DNA from: an uncultured virus (IMG/VR IMGVR_UViG_3300021599_002397)
Taxonomy: Duplodnaviria; Heunggongvirae; Uroviricota; Caudoviricetes
Virus record (IMG/VR): IMGVR_UViG_3300021599_002397
Direction: 5' to 3' (one strand)
DNA: 64,000 bases
The translations under genes and the position numbers were made by a program. Below are positions 21,301 to 31,001 of the stretch, piece after piece. Within the stretch, counting starts at the first letter, position 1, and each line of letters begins with the position of its first letter. The notes beneath the pieces are model-generated. The model saw only the letters and a program-made list of their open reading frames with translations. It ran no database searches and had not been told where the DNA came from.

Positions 21301-24300
21301 TCCTCCATTATCTACAAAATCATTAACAGAATATGCAAAACTATCTGATGGATCTTTCTCGTTTATTTTAACTAGAGGTACAAGATTGTTTTCTAATCCT
21401 ATCCATTTTATATCATTTCTATCTATTTTTATACAATTAGTAAGAAGAGATACTCCAGGCATTACACTGTTACTTGAATCATAATTTGTGTAATTAACAC
21501 CATCGAATTTTATGACATCCTCACCGGTTACCCATATATCACCATCAGCATCCCAAGCTATTCCTGTAGGTTCAAATAGTACAGGCGAATAAGTAGGAAC
21601 TTTATAAAATTTAGATTGTATATTTTTAGGTCCTGGATTTGTACTAAGATCTGGAGATATGGGATTAGCGTTAGGATAAAAATTATTAGAAAGCTCTGAA
21701 AATCCTCTTACAACATAATCAAACCTTTTTATATTTTCGTCTATAGAATTGTTTAACTGATCCGCAGCTTCCTTAAGATCTAAATAATTATTTCCGGGAG
21801 AATCAGTCTCACCAAATACTAATCCATTAGAATCTTCAGTAACCTTAACCCTATCTCCATATTGTAATGAATATAGATTAAACCCTCCTAGCCAATCATT
21901 ATGATAATCGTACATATCCCAAGTATGGGCATAAGCTTTTTCGAAAGAAAAATCTTCAAAAGTTTCCCACGATAAGCTTTTAGTTCCCCAATATCTCATT
22001 TCCTTCTTAGGTAATAAATTGAAGTCATAATAAACATACTCCTCCCTTTCATTTAATCCGCCAGAGAAGGTGTTAATTGGAGTAGTTATTAAAAGAGATC
22101 CAGTTGTCTGAACTATAAATTGTTTACCGTTCCAAAGACTTCCAGAATTATTAGGTGCTTGAACTGTAAAAGTTTTATAATTAGTAGTAACAGAATCCAC
22201 TAAATTTATAACCTTATACTTAGGATCTAGAGGAGACGAATTAATTATACTATATGCTAAGCTAGTAGTTGAGTTTAAATCTCCTTGGAAATTACAGTCT
22301 GCTATTAAAACAGCATCAGCATAAAATTTAATATTACCTGTTCCATAAACATATCCTCCAGTTATTGCTGTTATAATAATCTCCGGTATTTGGAATGTGT
22401 TAGTTCCTGTTACTGTAATAGGATATTGACCTAATGAAGATCCTAAAGAATCATATATCCAAACAGTATTCCCCGACGAGTATCCATGGGGAGTTAATGT
22501 TGTAACTTCAGCTAAATCATATCCTCCTCCAATATAGTTACTAACTATTGTTGCTATGTCAATTTGTTGAACTCCGACATCAAACGTAACGGTAGATTTT
22601 ACCTCTGGTAATTTGGTTAATACCTCACATTGCTGTCCCTCATTAAAATTATTAGAATACTCTGGGTAATTCTGTATAAAATCAGATATGCTTAGTATTT
22701 TATTTGTGTTTTCTACTGGGAATATCCATTGTGAAGGATAGCTTTCCCATTTCAAAGGCATATTATCCCAATCATAACTTTCAGATTCCCTGAATCTAGT
22801 TAATGTATTTAATTCTATTCCTCTCTTATCTACTTTTACTACGCCCCTTTTTATACCTAATGATATAGAATTCAATGTATCCCAAACCCTACATTTTATA
22901 TTATATTCACCAGAGTAAGGTAAGAAATGAACTATAGTTTCCAATTCTGGTAATCCTCCTCTTGTTTGATAGTAGTAAGGCTTATCGTCATCGTCTTTAT
23001 AAATAGTCCATTCTATCTCATAAAAATCTAAATAAGGTAATCTATTCCATGAATAGAATCCATTACTCTGTATAAAGTTCTCATAATAATCAAATACGTA
23101 TGAACTGAACCCTAAATTAGTAGGACTCACTTTCCAATTTGAATATTCTCCAGCTCCTCTAGTATAAATCATCTGTATATAGAGGTTTCCTGTTAATGTA
23201 TTATAGTCTCCAGCACTACAATATCCAAGAACTAAATTTCCTGGCGAATCTACTGACTCAACCCTTACAAAAATAACATCTGGAAAAGTTGTGTCGAACC
23301 AATTATTTCCTGTGCCTATATTAATATTAATTCCCACAGGGAATGTGGTTGGCAAAGTAAATAATGAAGTGCTATAAACTGTTTGTAAGCTACCCCCAGG
23401 ATTAGGAGATGTAGTGCTTGAATAGCTAGCTATTTGTAAGTCTGTTCTAGTTATTGTTGGATCTAAAGAGTTCCAGCTTCCACTCAATTCTTCCCAAGAT
23501 AGATTAAAGGTATCATTTTTTATAATAACTGGACATCCAGCGGGAAAAACATAATCACTACCATCAGAGAAAAGTTTATATCCAGGAGGATCATAATCTC
23601 CGTCACCTAAAAATTTAGGCATTTCTCCATTTGTAATGTCCTGATAGAAAAGATTTACTGCATTTTCTAATGATGGTATAGTGGAGATAGGATATTCTTG
23701 AAAATATGAATAAGGATCTACTGTGTTTCCGTAATAGCTTATTCCATCTTCTACTCCATTTATATTTGGATATAAAAGACCGCTCTGATTTGGTTTTGTA
23801 TAGAAAGGTCTAAGATCTTCTACGTATCCTCTTTCGGGATAAACATTAAAACCTACTTTTATACCCCCTTTTATTTCAGTGATATCTACAACATCAGTCC
23901 ATCCTCTTGTTTTATATAAATTAAAATATACACCCTCTCCTGTAATATCTATTATCCTAGCATTTAAGGGAAGGTAGTCTCTTTTAAGTCTTTGCTTTAA
24001 TCCAAAAAGTTTTATTAGTACCTCTTCTGGACTAAAAGCAAAAGCATCTTCAACTATTGGATATCCGTACTGATCCTCCTCCTGATCTTCTACTACTCTA
24101 TTTATATCATAGAATAATCCAAATAAAGCAGTTTTCTTATAAGACTTGGACGGGAAAAGACTTTCGAATTGTTTTTTTAAACCAAACGTACCGTCTTTTT
24201 TCTTACCGTATATTTCTACCTGCTTAAACTTTCCCTGGTTCTCATCCTTTATTAAACTACTTATTAGTTCCAATTTATTAAGTCCCTCTATATTAGGCTG

Positions 24301-25176
24301 GCTTAATTGATTTAATATTTTTTGGTTTTGTTGTAGTGGGGTAAGGGTATCTGCTTCGTCAGTTTTTATATTAAGCCAATATTCTTTAACTCTTAGATCA
24401 TAATAACCAAAGAATTTTATAGCATTAAAAAGAGATTTATATGATCCTAAATAAGGGAAAATACTCTCTCCTGCTAATAAAAGCTCCTTTCTTTTTTTGT
24501 TTATTATTTCGTAGTCAGGAAACTCTTCTTTTATATCACTTTCTCTTACTATTAAAGCATCATCTGGATTAAAAGATCTTCCGAAATTGGAGAGAGTAAC
24601 AGACAATCTGCTATCTTCCCCTTCAACCTCACCATGTAGTTCTACTTTTAATATAGTTACTGGGTTATTAGGATCTGTATAATCCTCTATTATTAATCTC
24701 CTATCATATATTCCTTCGCTATCAGAATTTAAAGCTATGTTTATCTGCATAGAAGATGGACTGATATCACTACTAACAACCAATCCGCTAGGAGATGCTA
24801 CAACGTCACCAGGAACTATCTCTGGGTAAAATTCTACGTTATTCGCTTTAACTAATACAGGAGCATCAAGATTTCCATCCACTCCCAATTCATATGTGTA
24901 TATGATAGAAGAAACATTAGTACTTCCATCATAATCTGATTCCCATCTTGTTCTCCATACGGAAGGACCTGGACTAACACCATATGAATGTGGAAAACCA
25001 TATTTTATTTCAGATAGAGGGTTTAGAAATTTTTCTATTATAAATATATGTTGGACCTCAAAAAGCTTCTCAGAAACAATAGGGAAAAGTATTGCACCCT
25101 CCCAATAATTACCATTCCATACAAAATTATATTGATCACCTTTTTTATCAAAAAATAAAAGATTTTGAAAATTCAT
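18400..25176 (-). CDS. Giant baseplate wedge-like protein (gp7/P2 gpI-like N-terminus) carrying two beta-propeller regions
   Basis: N-terminal KRKELLL...YLGSYKSLFNAIKFFGY; PKD-like YSGEYNIKCRVWD; Reg_prop-like repeats (NSGIPSNNVYSIELDKLNHKWIGT); SBBP-like repeats (DxxxNIYITGxF); lies downstream of the gp6-like gene. Confidence 0.65.
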   Translation of the reverse strand: MNFQNLLFFDKKGDQYNFVWNGNYWEGAILFPIVSEKLFEVQHIFIIEKFLNPLSEIKYGFPHSYGVSPGPSVWRTRWESDYDGSTNVSSIIYTYELGVDGNLDAPVLVKANNVEFYPEIVPGDVVASPSGLVVSSDISPSSMQINIALNSDSEGIYDRRLIIEDYTDPNNPVTILKVELHGEVEGEDSRLSVTLSNFGRSFNPDDALIVRESDIKEEFPDYEIINKKRKELLLAGESIFPYLGSYKSLFNAIKFFGYYDLRVKEYWLNIKTDEADTLTPLQQNQKILNQLSQPNIEGLNKLELISSLIKDENQGKFKQVEIYGKKKDGTFGLKKQFESLFPSKSYKKTALFGLFYDINRVVEDQEEDQYGYPIVEDAFAFSPEEVLIKLFGLKQRLKRDYLPLNARIIDITGEGVYFNLYKTRGWTDVVDITEIKGGIKVGFNVYPERGYVEDLRPFYTKPNQSGLLYPNINGVEDGISYYGNTVDPYSYFQEYPISTIPSLENAVNLFYQDITNGEMPKFLGDGDYDPPGYKLFSDGSDYVFPAGCPVIIKNDTFNLSWEELSGSWNSLDPTITRTDLQIASYSSTTSPNPGGSLQTVYSTSLFTLPTTFPVGININIGTGNNWFDTTFPDVIFVRVESVDSPGNLVLGYCSAGDYNTLTGNLYIQMIYTRGAGEYSNWKVSPTNLGFSSYVFDYYENFIQSNGFYSWNRLPYLDFYEIEWTIYKDDDDKPYYYQTRGGLPELETIVHFLPYSGEYNIKCRVWDTLNSISLGIKRGVVKVDKRGIELNTLTRFRESESYDWDNMPLKWESYPSQWIFPVENTNKILSISDFIQNYPEYSNNFNEGQQCEVLTKLPEVKSTVTFDVGVQQIDIATIVSNYIGGGYDLAEVTTLTPHGYSSGNTVWIYDSLGSSLGQYPITVTGTNTFQIPEIIITAITGGYVYGTGNIKFYADAVLIADCNFQGDLNSTTSLAYSIINSSPLDPKYKVINLVDSVTTNYKTFTVQAPNNSGSLWNGKQFIVQTTGSLLITTPINTFSGGLNEREEYVYYDFNLLPKKEMRYWGTKSLSWETFEDFSFEKAYAHTWDMYDYHNDWLGGFNLYSLQYGDRVKVTEDSNGLVFGETDSPGNNYLDLKEAADQLNNSIDENIKRFDYVVRGFSELSNNFYPNANPISPDLSTNPGPKNIQSKFYKVPTYSPVLFEPTGIAWDADGDIWVTGEDVIKFDGVNYTNYDSSNSVMPGVSLLTNCIKIDRNDIKWIGLENNLVPLVKINEKDPSDSFAYSVNDFVDNGGNPISPITPSSINCIEINPQRGDIFAGFTCNSSPSYDGLLFYDSSAKSWNLYTTSNSDIPSDNIRDLKLQYYSINKWYLWIATDNGISRFDGVNFKNYNIGNSGIPSNNVYSIELDKLNHKWIGTSDGLVYWDDIRWAVWNNATNPELNLGSVKSIIETGNSNIWFTIDSSSSPSNTELYYFDGYYFTKVLYRNDGTTLINPVDCNFGKISLSAPWKTIKNGETTFPKNLLILTKDGEIGKIDYIIPHIQATSKDPGTNGWDFIYHDTSSPLPSVEYIFDSGIGTSQLGFNFIVGPYYDNITLNSDYTRPIMPNVDRYSWYKPIWQRYSIDRLKDQFPSLNIDDVFLYAPLRDILNGKANKEPYWKNSQIERIAKKKSRDLFDNFEWVITLGNSNPDQGVKVTVDNEGDIIAIGDFTGTIFMGEVNNIGTQDLYLTSLDQGVYIAKYNKGGVIQWARSIASTSPQGPIYARSVITDTNGNIYVVSDNNLTGFIQIDKFNFDGVLLNSLNIPITPDQYIGDIKVDKYENIYICGGFQGNLILGSSSLISTGQDSGFLAKLDPSMTFVWAKQFTNTTYSKAYEIGILKEEYLYLTGVFDSQIDLGPIQLTGVGNPDMFIAKFYTGDGECLWANSIGYDSSTSFGSSSICLDPNGHVLISGSYEGTIKIEDQTLSSFPGTTDIFVIKLLSTGKLIWMKMCGGLGGDTAHDIESDSEENVYITGSYTSPAYFSPEEIESRGGTDIYLTKFNKDGLLVDIVTAGGINNDSGADLVLDKEENIYITGYFEGESEFSPYVILSPPGGNLDAFLGKIPKERFKGGNKIGSVQSWLGSHAWSWKEEKFYRDEFEIPLATTIFINPIDSLIPGKKDHIWTLSDTETGEVIVKIRKSPYFIWTFLNPGFYSIACELQDANGNIYETSHSGKIRVIDHKEAFAGDLKPEVVNPNDYLLRTIYYDRKELGFPPLSRFDID

Positions 25177-25177
25177 C

Positions 25178-25423
25178 TTATCTTACGTATTTATTATCTT
25201 TTGGAACGGTATAATTAAAATAGTTCTTTATATACTTAGCTGCTTCGAACCAGTTATAAACAACTTTTTCCATACTAGCTAAAATATCCATCCTATTAGA
25301 ATCTCCGTCTAATACAGGATTAGAAAGTGTTTTTTCGAATATTTTACCTTCATAATCAAATCCCAAATTAGATCTATCGTCGTTTTGGGTATTTATAAAT
25401 TCGTACCAGCTTTTTTTATCCAT
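25178..25423 (-). CDS. Small hypothetical baseplate-region protein
   Basis: 81 aa ORF with 1-nt gaps to both neighbours. Confidence 0.7.
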   Translation of the reverse strand: MDKKSWYEFINTQNDDRSNLGFDYEGKIFEKTLSNPVLDGDSNRMDILASMEKVVYNWFEAAKYIKNYFNYTVPKDNKYVR

Positions 25424-25424
25424 T

Positions 25425-27122
25425 TTAATTTCCTGTATTTAAAGAACTTTTTAATATGCTATTTACTTTGGAATTATAAGTATTAGCTACTATAGATCTA
25501 ATATCTATGTTTATAGAAGAAAGAGTTGTCATACCAGCTCCTAGATCATAATATATTCCATTCCTATCTTCCCATCCCCCCGATATTATAACTATCTCAT
25601 CTTTTCCTATAACTATATCACCAAATTCATCAAATCCTATCTCTGGTGAATTTGGACTTTGTGCTTTAGCTGCTTCGTTTTCTTCCCCTACAAAATATAA
25701 AGAAACTGAATCTACACCCTGTATAGCCTCAACAGCTGCAATTAAATCTGATCTAGGTATCTTATCCCTTCTTCTTATATTTAAGAAATAGTCACTCATA
25801 GTGTTTACTATCTGCGATTTTATGGTATCGGGATCATTACCTTCAAATATAGTAATAGCTATGTTTATTACATATTTTTTTATTACAGGATCTAGTATTT
25901 TAACCTCAGTTGTAACTATTTTCTGTCCACTTTCGTCTAACAAAGCGTAAATACTATTTCTTTGTGCATTAGTTAATTTAAATCTTGATACTGGTATATC
26001 AAAATATGTTTCATTACTTTTTAGTGTTATCTGTATATCAGGAACTAAGATAAGGTATATTATATTGTCGTCATCTATGTATTGATCATCAAAAGTTGTA
26101 AATGCTTCTATTATAGAAAACTGACCAAATTTTTCAAAATAAGTTATGTAATTAGTCGGATTGGCCAAGACAAAACTTCTTGAAGTTTTAGGTGCTATTA
26201 ATCTAGTTAAATCTATAGATTCTTGATTAGCTCCTAATTGTGGAATAACTGTACAGCTAACGCTTAAAACTTCAGAAAGAGTTACACCATTACCAAAAAG
26301 ATCTGTACCCTCCGAATCGAAATTAAATATTATCTGTGAAGAATCCTCTACTATAATATTTCCACTAGATCCAGCAGATTCTAAATAATTTACTTGTATA
26401 ATAGAGCCAGGTGCTGGAGGAAGACCAAAATTTGTATTACCAAAGAAAATGTCTATACCAGATATTATAGAGCTTCTGACTATATAGCCTCTACCATTTC
26501 TAGGTATGTCGTATAAAGATTCGTATCTTTTCCACTCCACTCCGTTTATTTTTACGTCAACCTCGAAGTTTTCTATTCCAGAAGTACCTCTGGAAGATAT
26601 ATTAAAGCTCTGTAAAATATCTCCAGATCCAGTATATTGATTAGTACTTATTGTTCCTTCTATTATAGAACAAAGTAAATTGGAAGACCCATCTAAATTT
26701 AATCTAGTATATTCTTGTGGAAATTTCAATAGATATGTTTTTCCATTGTTGACACATTTTATTTCAGAGTTTTTTGGAATTAAAACCGCGCCACCTCCTA
26801 TATTTTCTGCGCCCCTACCATTCCATTTTATAAGTACCTCTCCTTTTGCTGATATACTTCTTGTTGGATTATGGCCAGCAAGAGTAGCAAGACCGTATAC
26901 GGATGATTCTCTAGTTGCGGTATTAATATTTAATTCCGTTATGGAATCTTCAATAAAAAATAAAACAAATTGTGAAAGATTGTCAAGTACAAATATTATC
27001 TGACCCCATACAGAAGCTACAGTAAATAATTGGTTAGACATCCCATATCTTGCCTGTATTAACTCAAAAGTTTGGGTTAGAAGGTCGGATATTTTAGCGT
27101 TACTTTTCGATAATAAATCCAT
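25425..27122 (-). CDS. Baseplate wedge subunit, T4 gp6 / baseplate J-like
   Basis: ELNINTATRESSVYGLATLAGHNP, IFFGNTNFGLPPAPGSIIQVNYLESAGSSGN, ESIDLTRLIAP motifs typical of the gp6 family. Confidence 0.85.
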   Translation of the reverse strand: MDLLSKSNAKISDLLTQTFELIQARYGMSNQLFTVASVWGQIIFVLDNLSQFVLFFIEDSITELNINTATRESSVYGLATLAGHNPTRSISAKGEVLIKWNGRGAENIGGGAVLIPKNSEIKCVNNGKTYLLKFPQEYTRLNLDGSSNLLCSIIEGTISTNQYTGSGDILQSFNISSRGTSGIENFEVDVKINGVEWKRYESLYDIPRNGRGYIVRSSIISGIDIFFGNTNFGLPPAPGSIIQVNYLESAGSSGNIIVEDSSQIIFNFDSEGTDLFGNGVTLSEVLSVSCTVIPQLGANQESIDLTRLIAPKTSRSFVLANPTNYITYFEKFGQFSIIEAFTTFDDQYIDDDNIIYLILVPDIQITLKSNETYFDIPVSRFKLTNAQRNSIYALLDESGQKIVTTEVKILDPVIKKYVINIAITIFEGNDPDTIKSQIVNTMSDYFLNIRRRDKIPRSDLIAAVEAIQGVDSVSLYFVGEENEAAKAQSPNSPEIGFDEFGDIVIGKDEIVIISGGWEDRNGIYYDLGAGMTTLSSINIDIRSIVANTYNSKVNSILKSSLNTGN

Positions 27123-27124
27123 AT

Positions 27125-27496
27125 TTATAATATTTTAATTCCTAATATAGGATTACCCTTTATTGCAAAATCTATTACACAGGCATCTCTTGTTTCTCCT
27201 CTTAAAAATCCTATTGTGTATTTCACGTCGAAAATACTAAAGGCCATAGGAACATATGTGGCTAAGTGAATATCTATTGCTCTTGATAGCGTTGATTCGT
27301 CAACCTCGAGATCAAATATTAATCCCTCTAGATCTATACCAAAATAAGGATCTCCTAAAACCTCACCTGGCCTCGAGAGCATACAATTTTTAATCATCCC
27401 TATCAAGATTTCCACATCATCATTAGTGTGAAGAAACCCTTCCTTATAATTAGGATCTTGAGGTCCCCTCGGATAAATTTCACTTAATCTTGCCAT
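27125..27496 (-). CDS. Baseplate wedge subunit, gp25-like
   Basis: IKNCMLSRPGEVLGDPYFGIDLEGLIFD matches the gp25 (T..GER...P.FG..L...LF) pattern; adjacent to gp6-like gene. Confidence 0.85.
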   Translation of the reverse strand: MARLSEIYPRGPQDPNYKEGFLHTNDDVEILIGMIKNCMLSRPGEVLGDPYFGIDLEGLIFDLEVDESTLSRAIDIHLATYVPMAFSIFDVKYTIGFLRGETRDACVIDFAIKGNPILGIKIL

Positions 27497-27604
27497 GTTG
27501 ATCTATATATTCCAATAAAAAAATACCCACTTATTTTACCGGATTTTATTATTTAATATTATAGACCGAAAATGGAAAATATATTCTACAGAATATTATT
27601 TTTT

Positions 27605-28384
27605 TTAATTCCACTGTAAGAAGTATGAAGGAGTGTTCTCGTCTTTTATCATCTGAATTATTTCAGTTTTTTCAGTTGATCCTATAGTTTGAATATTATT
27701 ATAGTTAACTCTAACACCACCAGGAAGATTATATTCAAAAGTACCTAACAATCTACCTATATTTATTTTAGCTTCAGCTAAGCAGAACCTTACAAATAAT
27801 TCATCATCATATAAGCTTTCTTCTGGTATATCTATATAAGCCCTTATCCCCACATCAGTTCCGCTGTATAATGAACTTGAGCTACCACCATCTGTTTGAT
27901 ATGTTCTATTAGGATCTCTACCGTTTATAGTTAGTTTTTTTGTGTTTTTGTTATAGTTAAAAGCATAAGTTTCTAATAAATATGCCTTTGCTAAATCGAA
28001 GAAAGAATATAAAACAGTTCTATACACTAAATTATCCCCTGCAAAAGGAGATAACATAAGTTCCGACCCTAGTAGTTTAGAATCACCAAAATCTTTATCA
28101 GGGGTTCCTATCAATCCAGCTCCGTTTACTTCTCTAACCTCGTAAATAGATCTAACACATTGAGGAAGCTGTATTTGTCTAGTAGCTCTAAATGATGGCG
28201 TCGAGAATAATTCTCTTCCTAATACAAATATCCTATCCTCTACAGCATATTGATAATTATCATAAAAATAAGCTCTAGCTCTTTTTATTATCCTCTTAAT
28301 TTCCTGCTCGTTTAGATTATAAGGCAAAGCACAAGAATGAGATATGTCATCCTTTATTTCTTGGATTAAGTCTGCTTCGGTCAT
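27605..28384 (-). CDS. Neck/head-completion protein, T4 gp13-like
   Basis: C-terminal LGTFEYNLPGGVRVN motif, overall size and helical N-terminus like gp13. Confidence 0.75.
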   Translation of the reverse strand: MTEADLIQEIKDDISHSCALPYNLNEQEIKRIIKRARAYFYDNYQYAVEDRIFVLGRELFSTPSFRATRQIQLPQCVRSIYEVREVNGAGLIGTPDKDFGDSKLLGSELMLSPFAGDNLVYRTVLYSFFDLAKAYLLETYAFNYNKNTKKLTINGRDPNRTYQTDGGSSSSLYSGTDVGIRAYIDIPEESLYDDELFVRFCLAEAKINIGRLLGTFEYNLPGGVRVNYNNIQTIGSTEKTEIIQMIKDENTPSYFLQWN

Positions 28385-28389
28385 ATCTA

Positions 28390-29832
28390 TTAATTATTTG
28401 ATTTAAAGTTTACCCCAGGTATTCCTGAAGGTTTAGAATTATTATCAGAAAATCTAGCTGGAGTAGAAGGCGAATCCCCTTCGTTTCTATTAGGGAAAGG
28501 TCTTTTCTTAGAACTTCCTTTTAATTTTTTATCGTCGTCTCCATCTTTAACTATTTCTGTCTCAGGAGATATAGTAGCAAGCTTACCTATAAATCCCGAT
28601 CTAATTATTCCGCCGAAAACCTCACAATTAATTTCCTTGTCTTTATTATCTATATAGCTATCATGGACAGTGTTAGTAAAATAAAGATCCGAAGTCATAA
28701 TCTTAGATCTACTTATTTCATTATTTGTTATTAAATCACAATCTTCTAGGGTTGAATCGTTTATTTTACAATTAAACAATCTACAATTAAATACATTACC
28801 AGCTATTTCCCCTTCTAATATGTCATAATCCTTTAAAAGATAGGCTCTAGTTGTTTTTACGTCTTTTAGCTGGAATTTACCTAAGGAGCTATCATAATTA
28901 ATTACTCCTTCTTTTATGCTATTCTCAACTATTAAATCGTAAAGTACTTCCCTTATATTTAGGAAAAAAGATCTAAGTATTTGTGGATCAGACCTTAAAT
29001 CCACCATTATATTCATGTGTGGATAATTCTTCTGAAAAGCGTCCGGATCTATAAATGTAGATGAGTTTTTGTATATCTCATTAAGGAACATTTTAAGAGT
29101 CTTAAGATCGTTATCAGTAAATCCTGTATTGAATTGTAGTACTCCAACAGTATAGGTAATTATATAGTCTATTATTTCCTTAATAGCAGAATATCTTTTC
29201 TGGTAATCTTTCCCACCAAGATATCTAACCTCGAAATATCCTTCGGGAAGTTTTAAGAAATTTATCCCCATATTTTTTTCAAGAGGAACTTCAAATAGAT
29301 TTTTATCAATAAATCCAATATTGCTAGGATCTACGAACTTATTTGATGGAATAATTCTTTTTATAGATTTAGCATATAAAGATCCCATTCTATCAGGGAA
29401 TCTTTTATAGATAACATTCTCATCAAATCCAAGAATAAATTTAAGAATATTTAGTTCCGTCATTTTAGGAACTTCTGGATATATTGATGTATCTATGCTA
29501 ACACCAAACTGAAAAGCACACTTCTTATCCGTATACCCATTCTCATCTATCCATTTTAAGGTTTTTATTAAAATAACTATAGCCTCGAAATAAGGAAGAG
29601 GACCCGTGATGAATTCTACCATCTTGGATCCTCCTGAATAATCCGGCTCTAATTTAAAAATATCCTTGTTTGGTTTAAAATTAGAATGATACTTATTAAA
29701 AAGAAGTATTTTCTTTCCTAATACCTTTCCTAGGCCCTCGCATATTTCATTCCTATTTAAGTTACTATAAAACTCAAATTCGAAACCAAGCTTAACTGAG
29801 TAGAAAAAATCATTAGTAAGTAGATTAGCCAA
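28390..29832 (-). CDS. Putative amidoligase (COOH-NH2 ligase, Amidoligase_2-like), possibly degenerate, with C-terminal beta-helix-like repeats
   Basis: GFEFEF, PDYS, EFITGP, GINF, FEVRYLGG motifs; the usual CGxHxH motif appears as CAFQFG. Confidence 0.7.
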   Translation of the reverse strand: MANLLTNDFFYSVKLGFEFEFYSNLNRNEICEGLGKVLGKKILLFNKYHSNFKPNKDIFKLEPDYSGGSKMVEFITGPLPYFEAIVILIKTLKWIDENGYTDKKCAFQFGVSIDTSIYPEVPKMTELNILKFILGFDENVIYKRFPDRMGSLYAKSIKRIIPSNKFVDPSNIGFIDKNLFEVPLEKNMGINFLKLPEGYFEVRYLGGKDYQKRYSAIKEIIDYIITYTVGVLQFNTGFTDNDLKTLKMFLNEIYKNSSTFIDPDAFQKNYPHMNIMVDLRSDPQILRSFFLNIREVLYDLIVENSIKEGVINYDSSLGKFQLKDVKTTRAYLLKDYDILEGEIAGNVFNCRLFNCKINDSTLEDCDLITNNEISRSKIMTSDLYFTNTVHDSYIDNKDKEINCEVFGGIIRSGFIGKLATISPETEIVKDGDDDKKLKGSSKKRPFPNRNEGDSPSTPARFSDNNSKPSGIPGVNFKSNN

Positions 29833-29835
29833 TTT

Positions 29836-30945
29836 TTATTTCTCTATTAATTGTATTTTAAGTGTGGAACTATCCACGCTTAAGATCGAAAAATCAACCG
29901 ATTCTCCAACCTCGTATTCTTTAATAGAGTTTACTAATTTTTCTTTTTCGATAAGACCAGTTAGACCATTTTCCATCTTTATGAAAATACCGAAAGTTTT
30001 AATTTTAGTAACCTCTCCTTTATATATTTTCAAATCGGTATTTTCCCCCAAAACTTCAGAAGAAGTATCCTTCATTTCTTGGATATTTTTCATCTTCTCG
30101 TTTGGTTGGGTAACTGATAAATTTATTCTTTGTGGATTTTTAATATCCATTACATAAAATTCGATGCTATCACCAGCTTTATATTTTTCTAGATTTCCTC
30201 TGTTTGTATCGTCCATAGGTATGATTCCTGTATAGATATCATCCCATTCTACAAATACTCCATTACCTGATAGTCCTGTAACATTACCTTGATATTTATT
30301 AGAGAAAGAAAGATCTTGAACTGCACGATCTATAATTTTTCTTAAATATTTCTTAAATGATACAACAAAAATATCTCTTTTCTGATCGTAGACTTCAACC
30401 ATCACGTTTAGTTCTTTACCTACATAATCTGCAAAATTCATAATTCTGTTTGCTGCAGCTAGACTTCCAGGAAGGAAACATTCAATTCCAGATAGATCAA
30501 CCATGAATCCTCCGTTACAAACATTCTTAACTTTAACCTTGAAAGCGCAGTCCTCTTCTTTTATTGATCTATGTAATTCTCTTTTAAGTGCTTTTTCATA
30601 TCCAGCAGAAACAGATCCATTGAAAGATCCAGAAGAATCCTTAGTTATCACAACATCTAATACGTGACCTGGATTCATCTCTATCGAAGGATATCCAAGC
30701 TTTCTCATATTCTTTTCTTCCTTCTTCGTGTCTATTACAATAGTTTGACCAAAAGTGGTCTCTCCTAAAGCTATTCCTTTATCAGGATCAACAGATGTTA
30801 CTGTAATTTTTTCTACTGAATTGTTTTGCAAATCTTTACCCGATATTTTCGCTGAGTCGTCAGGAAATGTATTTCCGTAAAGTGAAGCTAGTTTTTCCCT
30901 TTCTTCTGTGTCATATTCGAAAAAACTAAAATTTTTATTTTTCAT
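29836..30945 (-). CDS. Ribosomal protein S1-like multi-S1-domain RNA-binding protein
   Basis: NGGFMVDLSGIECFLPGS, VVSFKK, GEVTKIKTFGIFIKMENGLTGLI...VGESVDFSILSVD; three clear S1 domains plus a possible degenerate fourth. Confidence 0.85.
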   Translation of the reverse strand: MKNKNFSFFEYDTEEREKLASLYGNTFPDDSAKISGKDLQNNSVEKITVTSVDPDKGIALGETTFGQTIVIDTKKEEKNMRKLGYPSIEMNPGHVLDVVITKDSSGSFNGSVSAGYEKALKRELHRSIKEEDCAFKVKVKNVCNGGFMVDLSGIECFLPGSLAAANRIMNFADYVGKELNVMVEVYDQKRDIFVVSFKKYLRKIIDRAVQDLSFSNKYQGNVTGLSGNGVFVEWDDIYTGIIPMDDTNRGNLEKYKAGDSIEFYVMDIKNPQRINLSVTQPNEKMKNIQEMKDTSSEVLGENTDLKIYKGEVTKIKTFGIFIKMENGLTGLIEKEKLVNSIKEYEVGESVDFSILSVDSSTLKIQLIEK

Positions 30946-31001
30946 GTTATTTGGGTTTGTATTGGTTTATACTATAAAATTGGATTAAAATTTCCAAGAA
31001 A

